This document shows, piece after piece, positions 20,101-27,889 of a stretch of DNA of 31,059 bases. Numbering within the stretch: position 1 is the first letter of the stretch; the number at the start of each line of letters is the position of its first letter. Both the position numbers and the translations under genes were made by a program. The notes below the pieces were generated by a model, which did no database searches, was not told where the DNA came from, and saw only the letters and a program-made list of their open reading frames with translations. Source of the DNA: Candidatus Eiseniibacteriota bacterium (GTDB lineage Bacteria; Eisenbacteria; RBG-16-71-46; DASYSL01); the NCBI GenBank assembly GCA_046598045.1, contig JBKJJJ010000067.1:1-31059 (forward strand), in the 5' to 3' direction.

Positions 20101-21195
20101 CGGGGACTTCTCGTCGCCGCGCCCGGCGGCATCGCACACCTCAAGAACCTGCGCATTGCCGACTACCAGTTCGCGCTCGAGGCCCACAACGTGACGGCGT
20201 TCGCCAGCGGCGAGTACGTGATCGAACTCGATGGCACGTTCCAGGTGAGGAACGGCGAGGATCTCGGCGGGCCGCTGCCGCTGCCCCACATCACCGGAAA
20301 CGCCTCGGTCATCGAAGGGGTCTTCCTCGCGAACTTCGCCGACCCGGATCGCCAGGCCGCGTGGCAGGGGCCGGCGGTGCTCCCGCCGTGGACCTACGAC
20401 GTGCAGGTCGAGGCCCGCAACAACGTGTGGTGGCGACCGCCCGACGCGAACGTCGAGGGCAAGCTCACGGACTTCGAGGTCATCCAGACGCTCGATCGCT
20501 TCCTCATGCTGGGAGGCGTCGACGCGATCCGGGGGCGCTACTACTTCCTGGGGAACCAGTTCGACGTCGCCTCCGGGCAGCTCTTCTTCGACGCCACCGA
20601 GCCCATGAACCCCACGATCAACGCCGCGCTCACGGCCGAGAAGCGCCTGCCGAAGGAGCAGGGCGGCGCGCGCGAGGTGATCACCGTGACGGTCACCGGC
20701 CGGGCGCAGCGGCCGACGGTGTCGATGTCCTCGGACCCGGGCAATCTCTCCCAGACCGAGATCGCATCCCTGCTCACGTTCGGGCAGTTCCAGTCCGGGG
20801 CCGGGGCGGCGATCGGCCAGGTGGGCGTGGGCTACCTGGCGCGGCAATTGGCACGGCAGGTTCCGGAACTGGAACAGTACCTGGGCGTCGTCGAATTGGG
20901 GACCACACAAGACCAGAACAACGTGACCACGACCGGCGGTTTTGCGTCGAAGGCCTACTACACGGTCGGGGTCAGCCGATACTTCACCCGCGACCTGCTG
21001 TTGCGATACTCTCAGGTGGTGGGGGACCTGACGGATGCCCAAAGCGTCGACTTCCAGGACCTGGACGCGGAGTACCGGATCAGCCGGTTGCTCTACCTCA
21101 ACGGCCAGGTGAAGCGGCGCCGGGGCTTCTTGGTCACCGCGCAGGAGCAGTCGGTGTACTACAACCTGGAAGTGCGCGCGCGGTATGAATACTGA
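17155..21195 (+). CDS. tamB: Translocation and assembly module TamB / AsmA-like protein
   Basis: 1346 aa, N-terminal TM anchor, repetitive amphipathic beta strands, LTGTPRAPY, DUF490-like C-terminus (GRYYFLGNQF...VTGRAQRP...SDP..LSQTEIASLLTFG...YEY); adjacent to an Omp85 gene. Confidence 0.85.
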   Translation: MTLPDPDPKTPAEAAALRRAPWWWRALARMGVISVWGAGLLVSVAALALVGVLWLSRQPAGHLLTFALTNRALAHSTNLRLSARRSLLIAHGAYLVEPVVELVDSAGVRRPFLVAARARLVSTWWGLLMRNPEAVRVELVDPVITITRRPGGGYILPAFRPGPKTERAPNPLTIDLGLENALVRVVGAGAPPDTIARALDLTGRAHGAGGTWDFALGRLASVLPGAGLAITKGDGRLRLSDGQLALDHLRVRTDAGWIEADGSGAISPTLDLEGRVSVGEWTWHDLASIFRQKALDLPGGFSGKSRVHVTRTSVAILGADADVLWRDEPAVARFDGVFEGGRVAVTNAHVAWRKSAFAGAFSAEPAARRWRLVGALENLQLAELPRLWPMPAQGPARISADVDLTGTPRGLEARVARGRGAWQDLPFDSLGGTWAMAGTRQTIDVHARAAGGSLAARGTIEPNRLAAVVHALGVEAARVPAAWWRGLGLGASPEGRLVALDATLDGPPSRPTARGTALVSGVSHQGLEVSRAALTFDGPLGADYAVAITARVGDSRIGFASADSAEAEVAVTPRRIDLPRFHAVRAESTVTLSGSATRSPGGWEARVDHLAWDAGERIHLDNDGPIEFLLAPGGAIDVHRARVVSSAGALSAKGRWGGARGTNDLALDLETLDLESLLGPLAARYEVRGVLTGHARFEGAARHATWTVDLDGRDLQYRAYSARRVVARGRFADESWSVEKLAVDTGRGRLAFTGELAWAEPPPWSGTPAEWKQALTRAPRWSGALTTDSLALAQVSEFYPQAGGWRGALSTTLTLSGRPAAPIVTAKGRLAKPGWGQGSLDDFDLDLGYESELLTIRRFAMVGADSLGPTVTGTLPIRLGWGVPADERLPDRPMEITAHARGLDLGLVPLVLPQIAAANGKMDVDARLTGTPRAPYAAGTVTVRDGIVRPANREEVMTGVAGTIKLDGSELRIVNFEARQGKRGLLVAAPGGIAHLKNLRIADYQFALEAHNVTAFASGEYVIELDGTFQVRNGEDLGGPLPLPHITGNASVIEGVFLANFADPDRQAAWQGPAVLPPWTYDVQVEARNNVWWRPPDANVEGKLTDFEVIQTLDRFLMLGGVDAIRGRYYFLGNQFDVASGQLFFDATEPMNPTINAALTAEKRLPKEQGGAREVITVTVTGRAQRPTVSMSSDPGNLSQTEIASLLTFGQFQSGAGAAIGQVGVGYLARQLARQVPELEQYLGVVELGTTQDQNNVTTTGGFASKAYYTVGVSRYFTRDLLLRYSQVVGDLTDAQSVDFQDLDAEYRISRLLYLNGQVKRRRGFLVTAQEQSVYYNLEVRARYEY

Positions 21196-21226
21196 CAGCG
21201 GCCGGGAGCCACGGGGGAACGACATC

Positions 21227-24200
21227 ATGAAGTCGCTGGCTCGAGCAAGCCGCTGGATCGCCGTGGGCGCGGTTGCGCTCGTGGCGGGCGCCCTCCTCGC
21301 CGGCGCCGCCTCGGCGCAGGCGTTCGGCAAGAACAAGGTCCAGTACCGCACGTTCGACTGGCGCGTCGTCTCCTCGCCCCACTTCGACGTCTATTTCTAC
21401 CAGGGCGGCGATTCGCTCGCGTTGCGCGTGCTCGACCTCGCCGAGAAGGCGAACCTCAAGCTCACCAAGGACATGGGGCACATCCTGTCGAACAAGGTGC
21501 CCATCATCCTTTACCTCTCGCACAACGACTTCCAGCAAACCAACGTCACCACCGAGATGCTCGACGGCAGCACCGGTGGCTTCACCGAGCTGCTCAAGAA
21601 CCGCGTCGTGCTGCCGTTCGCCGGCTCCTACGAGGACCTGCGCCACGTCGTCGTGCACGAGCTGACGCACGCGTTCATGTTCGACATGCTGTACTCCGGC
21701 GGGCTGCCGTCGTTCATCACGCGCCAGAACGTGGTTTACGTGCCGCTCTGGTTCGCCGAGGGCCTCGCGGAGTGGAACTCGCTCGGCTGGGAACCGAACG
21801 CCGACATGTTCATGCGCGAGGGCACGATCTCGGGCTACCTGCCGCCGCTCCAGTACGGCGGCAACTATCTCGTCTACAAGGAGGGGCAGGCCGCCATGAA
21901 GTTCATGGCCGAGCGGTACGGCCCCGACCGCACGCGCGACCTGCTGCAGAAGCTCAAGTTCCACCGCAATTTCGACCGCGCGTTCGAGCTCTCGCTCGGG
22001 ACCTCGGTTGAGAAGTTCGACGAGGAATTCCACTCCTGGCTGAAGAAGACCTACTGGCCCACGGTGCGCACCAAGAGCGGGCCCGAGCAGTTCGCGCGCC
22101 GCCTGACCGACCACCGGAAGGACCGCTCGAACATCAACATTGCGGCGGCCGTCTCGCCGCTCGGCGACCGCGTCGCGTACATCTCCGACCGGCGGATGTA
22201 CACCGACATCTACATCCTGTCGACGCTCGACGGCAAGGTGCTCAAGCGCGTGATCCGCGGCGATGCGAACGCGTCGTTCGAGAGCGTGCCGTCGTTCCGC
22301 TCGAGCCTGTCGTGGTCGTACGACGGCAAGCGCCTCGCGTTCGTCGCCCAGAGCAAGGCCCATGACGTCGTGTACGTCGTGGACGCCCAGAGGGAAGGCA
22401 GGATCCTGCGCCGCATCGGGCAGAACTTCGATGCCGCCGCGTACCCGGCGTTCGCGCCGAACGACGACCGCATCGTCTTCTCGGCGGTGAAGAACGGCCG
22501 CACCGACCTCTACCTGGTCGATGAAAAAGGGGCGATCACGCGCCTGACCGATGATACCTGGGACGAGAAGGAGCCCTCGTGGTCGCCCGACGGCTCGAAG
22601 CTCCTGTTCTCCTCGGACCGCGCGCACTCGGTTGCGCTCACGGCGCTGCGCGATCCCAAGGGCTTCGGCAGCTACGCCGTCTACGAGATGGACATCGCGA
22701 CGCACGCGATCACGCCCATGCTCGACACCGGAGGGGACGACAGCAACCCGGTCTACTCGCCCGACGGCAAGGCGATCGCGTTCGTCTCGGACCGGGACGG
22801 GGCGACCAACGCCTACCTCTACGACGTGGCGAACCACAGCTACCTCCAGCTCACCGACCTGATCGGCGGCGTGTTCTCGCTCTCGTGGTCGCGTGAGAAC
22901 GACCGCGTGGTGTTCTCCGCGTTCAATACCGGCGGCTGGGACATCTTCGTGGCCAAGGAGCCGCTCTCGCTCTCGGTCGTGCGCGCGAATCTCGCGAAGC
23001 GCAGCCCGCGGTCGCTGATGACGTCGGCGGAGGCGCTGGAGCCGGTCGCGCTCGAGAGCGTCTCGCAGGTCGATTCCACGCGCGGGGCGCTCGCTCCTGC
23101 GTGGCCCGACACGGCGGTCTCGCAACTGCCGCCGGCCTTCGCGCTCGGCAAGGCGCCGGGCGACTCGGCCGAGTGGAAGAATCCCGGCGCGGGGGGCTAC
23201 GGAGGCGGTTACGGCGGCTTCGGGGGGCAGCGCGGCCCGGTCGGCGGGGCCAGCATGCCGGGGTATTACGCGCGCTACCAGGCGTACCGCGACAGCATGG
23301 CCACGGCCGACAGCCTGCGCACGCTGCGCGCGGGGATCGACGTGCGCTCGGCGAACGCCGCGTTCCTGCTGCCCGACAGCCTGCTGGGCCAGGAGCCGAA
23401 GCCGTATCGCCGCAAGTTCTCGACCGAGTTCGCGAGCGGGCAGCTCGGGTTCAACTCGGCGTTCGGGCTCGCGGGAAGCACGGTCATCTCGGTCAGCGAC
23501 TTCCTCGGGAACGACCGCTTCCTGATCAGCACCGACATCTTCGCCGGTTCGCTCGACCAGACCAACATCCTCGCCTATTACTTCTACCTGCCGAAGCGCT
23601 GGGACTACGGCTTCGGCGTGTTCCACTACAAGAACTATTACTACTCGCGGGTTACGAGCCTCGGCGAGTCGTTCGCCAGCGAACAGCGCTACGCGGACCG
23701 CAACGTGGGCTTCACGGGGCTCCTGTCCTACCCGCTCAACCGCTTCAAGCGTGTGGACATCGACCTCAACAACGTGATCGTCGACCGCTCGTTCTATGCC
23801 GCCGACCCGAACGGCTTCCTCTTCCGGACCGGCAGCCAGGTCCGCGTGGTGACCGCGCCCTCGGTGTCGTTCGTCAATGATACGGGGCTCTACAGCTATT
23901 ACGGGCCGGTCAGCGGCACGCGCTATTACGTGTACGGCTCGTCCGCGCTGCCGATCTTCAACAAGAGCCTGAGCTACCTGACGCTCGCCGCCGACTACCG
24001 CAAGTACTTCGACCTCGGCGCCGATTACCAGTTCGCGTTCCGTACCTCGGCGCTGCGCTCGACCGGGCGCGACGCCCAGGTCTTCGAGGTCGGCGGCTAC
24101 TCCACGATCCGCGGCGTGAAGGACTTTTCCGTCCGCGGCACGAGCGCGGCCTTCACGAACCTCGAGTTCCGCTTCCCGTTCATCAACGCGTTCGGCGTGG

Positions 24201-24466
24201 TCGGCCCGGTGCCGCTCGGCTTCCTGAACCTGCGCGGTGCGGCGTTCCTGGACCTGGGCGCGGTGTGGTCCAAGGACCGCGACTTCAACATCTCCAAGGT
24301 CGACGCGAACGGAACGCGCTCGTTCGACAACGTGTACTCCTCGCTCGGCGTCGGGGCGCGCTCCTCGCTCGGCTACGTCCTGCTCAAGCTCGACGTGGCA
24401 TGGCCCTACTATCTCGACCGCTGGGGCAAGCCGCGGTACCACTTCTCGCTTTCGCCGCAGTTCTAG
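21227..24466 (+). CDS. Secreted fusion protein: gluzincin (peptidase MA-like) domain, TolB/PD40 beta-propeller and C-terminal Omp85-type barrel
   Basis: Signal peptide ending ASA-QAFGKNKVQY; HELTH (21656-21670) plus WFAEGLAE; repeats SPLGD, SYDGK, APND, WSPDGSK, YSPDGK; barrel motifs SDFLGN, GGYSTIRG, EFRFP, FLDLG, KLDVAWP and terminal Phe. Alternative start is ATG 21185. Confidence 0.82.
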   Translation: MKSLARASRWIAVGAVALVAGALLAGAASAQAFGKNKVQYRTFDWRVVSSPHFDVYFYQGGDSLALRVLDLAEKANLKLTKDMGHILSNKVPIILYLSHNDFQQTNVTTEMLDGSTGGFTELLKNRVVLPFAGSYEDLRHVVVHELTHAFMFDMLYSGGLPSFITRQNVVYVPLWFAEGLAEWNSLGWEPNADMFMREGTISGYLPPLQYGGNYLVYKEGQAAMKFMAERYGPDRTRDLLQKLKFHRNFDRAFELSLGTSVEKFDEEFHSWLKKTYWPTVRTKSGPEQFARRLTDHRKDRSNINIAAAVSPLGDRVAYISDRRMYTDIYILSTLDGKVLKRVIRGDANASFESVPSFRSSLSWSYDGKRLAFVAQSKAHDVVYVVDAQREGRILRRIGQNFDAAAYPAFAPNDDRIVFSAVKNGRTDLYLVDEKGAITRLTDDTWDEKEPSWSPDGSKLLFSSDRAHSVALTALRDPKGFGSYAVYEMDIATHAITPMLDTGGDDSNPVYSPDGKAIAFVSDRDGATNAYLYDVANHSYLQLTDLIGGVFSLSWSRENDRVVFSAFNTGGWDIFVAKEPLSLSVVRANLAKRSPRSLMTSAEALEPVALESVSQVDSTRGALAPAWPDTAVSQLPPAFALGKAPGDSAEWKNPGAGGYGGGYGGFGGQRGPVGGASMPGYYARYQAYRDSMATADSLRTLRAGIDVRSANAAFLLPDSLLGQEPKPYRRKFSTEFASGQLGFNSAFGLAGSTVISVSDFLGNDRFLISTDIFAGSLDQTNILAYYFYLPKRWDYGFGVFHYKNYYYSRVTSLGESFASEQRYADRNVGFTGLLSYPLNRFKRVDIDLNNVIVDRSFYAADPNGFLFRTGSQVRVVTAPSVSFVNDTGLYSYYGPVSGTRYYVYGSSALPIFNKSLSYLTLAADYRKYFDLGADYQFAFRTSALRSTGRDAQVFEVGGYSTIRGVKDFSVRGTSAAFTNLEFRFPFINAFGVVGPVPLGFLNLRGAAFLDLGAVWSKDRDFNISKVDANGTRSFDNVYSSLGVGARSSLGYVLLKLDVAWPYYLDRWGKPRYHFSLSPQF

Positions 24467-24531
24467 CCCACGACCGCCTCTTGCTCGTCGGGCGAGCATG
24501 GAACGGCTGGCGACATGCCAGGGTCCGCCTC

Positions 24532-25212
24532 GTGAGATGGCGACCAGTCCTGACTGCGGTCCTGATGTGTCTCCTCGGATCGATGGCTGCCCGCGTGCAA
24601 GGCCGCGGCAACTCGTTCGGGCCGGTCGCGTCTGTTGCCGCTGATTCGCTCGGGGAGTCCACGGAGGAGCAGGACCCTCCTGAGTTGACCACCGACGAGA
24701 TCAGCATGATGGCCGAGGCGCAACAATCAGATTGCAATGTGAACGGGATCGAGGACTCCCTGGACGTTGCGTGGGGATTCGACGACGACCGCGATCACGA
24801 TGGCGTCCTCGACATCTGTGATCGGGACGCCGGGCCTGATTCACTCCACGAGCTCGAGCCCGGATGGCGCAACGCGATTGGGCTGCCGGACTCGGGCTTC
24901 TTTCAGGTTCGGCTCCGACGGAACGGCACGGTCCACGGGGCTCGAATGCGCTACGTTCTGAGGAAGGGCGCAAACGTGACGCTCTCGGTGCGCAATCTCC
25001 CGGTGACGAGCAGCGACTTGAATACCGGCGCGGTGCGGGAGATTCCCGCCGGCGTGGTCGACACCGTGTTCGTGCGCCGCGAGCACCAGGTTGGCGCCCA
25101 CGAGCTGTACTGGAACCGCGAATACCGGGGCCGACACGCGGGGAGCATGTTCTATGAGTTCACCCTGCGGATTGGCGACAAGGTATATCGGCGGCGACTG
25201 GGCTGGATCTAG
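24532..25212 (+). CDS. Hypothetical secreted protein with Ca-binding-like Asp repeats and a C-terminal FlgD-Ig-like domain
   Basis: GTG 24532 gives a signal-like MRWRPVLTAVLMCLLGSMAA; DCNVNGIED and DRDHDGVLDICD motifs; beta-rich C-terminus. The start codon is uncertain. Confidence 0.6.
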   Translation: MRWRPVLTAVLMCLLGSMAARVQGRGNSFGPVASVAADSLGESTEEQDPPELTTDEISMMAEAQQSDCNVNGIEDSLDVAWGFDDDRDHDGVLDICDRDAGPDSLHELEPGWRNAIGLPDSGFFQVRLRRNGTVHGARMRYVLRKGANVTLSVRNLPVTSSDLNTGAVREIPAGVVDTVFVRREHQVGAHELYWNREYRGRHAGSMFYEFTLRIGDKVYRRRLGWI

Positions 25213-25389
25213 CCAAGTCGGGTGATCGACCGCAGCACGCCGCCAAGTCCTCCGTGTGGCGCACAACGCTCCTGAGCGCAATCCGCCGTGACAATTCCGC
25301 CCCACTCCGGCACATTGTCGCCGTAGCCCGCGCAAGGCGCGGCGTTTCCCGCTCGCTCCCCGCCCACGCCCAAGGACAGGCCACAGAGG

Positions 25390-27609
25390 ATGATGACGAA
25401 AGACACCACCGACCTGAACGACGCCCAGCGCGATGCCGTGACCCATGGCGACGGGGCGCTGCTGGTCGTGGCCGGCGCCGGCTCGGGCAAGACGCGGGTG
25501 CTGACGCGGCGCATCGCGCACCTGGTCGGCGAGCGCGGGGTACCGCCGTCCGCGATCCTTGCGTTCACGTTCACCAACAAGGCCGCGCGCGAGATGAAGG
25601 TGCGCATCGAGACGCTGGTCGGGCCCGAGGCGGCGCGCGAGCTCTGGGTGGGCACGTTTCACGCGACCTGCGCACGGTTTCTGCGGCGCGAGGCGTCGCG
25701 GGCGGGGCTCCCGCCGGCGTTCACGATCTTCGATCGCGAAGACCAACTTGCGCTCCTCAAGCAGGCGATCCGCGAGGCGGACGTGCCGACGGAGGACATC
25801 AAGCCCGGCGTGATCCTCTCGCGCATCTCGGGCGCGAAGAACGCGTTCATCGATCCCGAGGGCTTCCTGCGGAGCGCGGACTCGGACGTGAGCCGGCGCA
25901 TCGGCCGGGTGTACGAGGCCTACGAGCAGGGCCTCGTGCGTGCGGGCGCGGTCGACTTCGACGACCTGATCGTGCGCGCGGCGCGGCTGCTCGAGGTCGA
26001 CCCCGAGGTGCGCGCGCGCTACGCCGGGCGCTTTCGCCACGTGCTGATCGACGAGTACCAGGACACGAACCACGCCCAGTTCCGACTTGTGACCGCCTTC
26101 GCGTCGCAGCACAAGAACGTGACCGCGGTGGGCGACGACGACCAGAGCATCTACGGCTGGCGCGGCGCCGACCTCTCGAACGTGCTCGACTTCGAGCGGC
26201 ACTTTCCGGGGGCTGCCGTGATCCGGCTCGAGCAGAACTACCGCTCGACGGGCAACATCCTCGCCGCGGCGTCGGCGGTGATCGCGAAGAACCGCGCGCG
26301 CAAGGGCAAGACGCTGTGGACGACGGAGGGGCCGGGCCTGCCGCTCAGGCTCATCCTCTCGGGCGACGAGCAGGCCGAGGGCGAGCGTCTCGCGAAGGAG
26401 GCGCTCAGGCAGGGCGAGCAGGGTCGCTCGCTGCGCGACGTGGCCATCCTGTTCCGCACGAATGCCCAGTCGCGCGCGCTCGAGATCGCATTCCGGCGCG
26501 TGGGCGTGCCGTACGACCTCGTCGGGGGCGTCTCGTTCTATGACCGCAAGGAGGTCAAGGACGTGCTGTCCTACCTGCGCGCGGCGCTCAATCCGCGCGA
26601 CGTCGTGTCCTTCCTGCGGATCCTCAATACGCCGCGCCGCGGCCTGGGCGACAAGGTGCGCGAGCGCATCGAGCAGGCGGCGCGGGGCGGGCAGGTGCCA
26701 GCCGGGGCGCTCGGGGCGCTGGCCGACGCGGGGCTGCTCGCCGGGGCGGCCACGCTCAAGGCGCGCGCGCTGCTCGACCTGCTCGAGGAGGTCAAGGCGC
26801 GCGTGCACGAGCCCGCCGACCTGCTGGTCGAGGAGGTCCTGCGGCGCACCGAGTACCTCGACTACCTCGACGAGGCGCACCCGCAGGACTCGCCCGAACG
26901 CCGGGAGAACGTCGGTGAACTGGTCGTCGCTGCGCGCCAGTTCGCCGAGGACGGGCGGGGGGACGACGGCTCGGGATCGACCGCGGGGTTCCTCTCCGAG
27001 GCGGCGCTCGTGGCCGACGTCGACCGCTGGGCGGCGAGCGACGACCGCGTCGTCCTGATGACCATGCACAACGCGAAGGGCCTCGAGTTCCCGGTCGTGA
27101 TGATCGCGGGCCTCGAGGAGGGGCTCCTGCCGCACGGCTCGGCGTTCACCGAGGACCACGAGCTCGAAGAAGAACGCCGGCTGTTCTACGTGGCCTTGAC
27201 GCGCGCCGAGGAGGAAGTCATCCTGAGCGCCGCGTCGTTTCGTCGGCGCTACGACCGCACGGGCGCGGCGGAGCTCTCGCGCTTCGCGCGCGAGATCCCG
27301 GGCGAATTGCTGAACGTCGAGAGCCCGCTCGTGGCGCGCCCGTCGATCGCCTCGGGCGCCTCGAACAGTTGGGGCAGTTCCGGCGGCTCGCGCGTGGCCG
27401 CGTCGCCCTCGTTCCCGGGCACGGCGAACCCGCGCGATCCGGCGGTCGGCAAGCGTGTCCACCATGACAAGTTCGGGCGCGGTCGGGTCGTCTCCGCCGA
27501 AGGGCAGGGGACCGACAAGCGCTACGTGATCGAGTTCCAGGACGGCGAGTCGCGCAAGGTCCTGGGACGCTTCCTGACGGGGCTCGATGATGGCGATGAA
27601 CCCGCGTGA
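25390..27609 (+). CDS. pcrA: ATP-dependent DNA helicase PcrA/UvrD (SF1A)
   Basis: AGAGSGKT, FTNKAAREM, DEYQDTN, VGDDDQSIYGWRGA, NYRS, TMHNAKGLEF, EERRLFYVALTRA, C-terminal Tudor-like RVHHDKFGRG. Confidence 0.96.
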   Translation: MMTKDTTDLNDAQRDAVTHGDGALLVVAGAGSGKTRVLTRRIAHLVGERGVPPSAILAFTFTNKAAREMKVRIETLVGPEAARELWVGTFHATCARFLRREASRAGLPPAFTIFDREDQLALLKQAIREADVPTEDIKPGVILSRISGAKNAFIDPEGFLRSADSDVSRRIGRVYEAYEQGLVRAGAVDFDDLIVRAARLLEVDPEVRARYAGRFRHVLIDEYQDTNHAQFRLVTAFASQHKNVTAVGDDDQSIYGWRGADLSNVLDFERHFPGAAVIRLEQNYRSTGNILAAASAVIAKNRARKGKTLWTTEGPGLPLRLILSGDEQAEGERLAKEALRQGEQGRSLRDVAILFRTNAQSRALEIAFRRVGVPYDLVGGVSFYDRKEVKDVLSYLRAALNPRDVVSFLRILNTPRRGLGDKVRERIEQAARGGQVPAGALGALADAGLLAGAATLKARALLDLLEEVKARVHEPADLLVEEVLRRTEYLDYLDEAHPQDSPERRENVGELVVAARQFAEDGRGDDGSGSTAGFLSEAALVADVDRWAASDDRVVLMTMHNAKGLEFPVVMIAGLEEGLLPHGSAFTEDHELEEERRLFYVALTRAEEEVILSAASFRRRYDRTGAAELSRFAREIPGELLNVESPLVARPSIASGASNSWGSSGGSRVAASPSFPGTANPRDPAVGKRVHHDKFGRGRVVSAEGQGTDKRYVIEFQDGESRKVLGRFLTGLDDGDEPA

Positions 27610-27889
27610 CGTCGAACACATCGCGCTCCTGGCGCGCATCGCGCTGACGGACGAGGAGCGGGACAAGATGGGCAAGGATCTCTCCGCCGTGCTCGACTAC
27701 GTGCGCACGCTGGACGAGCTCGGCCTCGAGGACGAGGCGCCGCTCCTCCACGTGCACGAGCAGTTCGCGCCGCCGCGCCCGGACGTGGCACATCCCCTGG
27801 CGTGCCTCCCGCGCGCCGAGGTGCTCGCGCAGGCCCCGGAGTCCGACGGCGTGCACTTCCTCGTGCCGCCCGTGGTGGACACCCGATGA
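27596..27889 (+). CDS. gatC: Asp/Glu-tRNA amidotransferase subunit C
   Basis: DVEHIALLARI...VLDYVRTLDEL...QAP...FLVPPV; lies immediately before gatA. Alternative starts are 27587 and 27590. Confidence 0.93.
   Translation: MNPRDVEHIALLARIALTDEERDKMGKDLSAVLDYVRTLDELGLEDEAPLLHVHEQFAPPRPDVAHPLACLPRAEVLAQAPESDGVHFLVPPVVDTR

Noticed and set aside
17869..24499. Very long minus-strand ORFs (1160 aa and 1121 aa; also 944, 903, 897 and 747 aa elsewhere)
   Set aside because: Antisense shadows of real + strand genes, expected from high-GC codon bias; they are Arg/Ala/Gly-rich with no family motifs
24467..25389. Mobile element or genomic island around the orphan gene
   Set aside because: No transposase, integrase, terminal repeats or target-site duplication were found; only a compositional shift is visible
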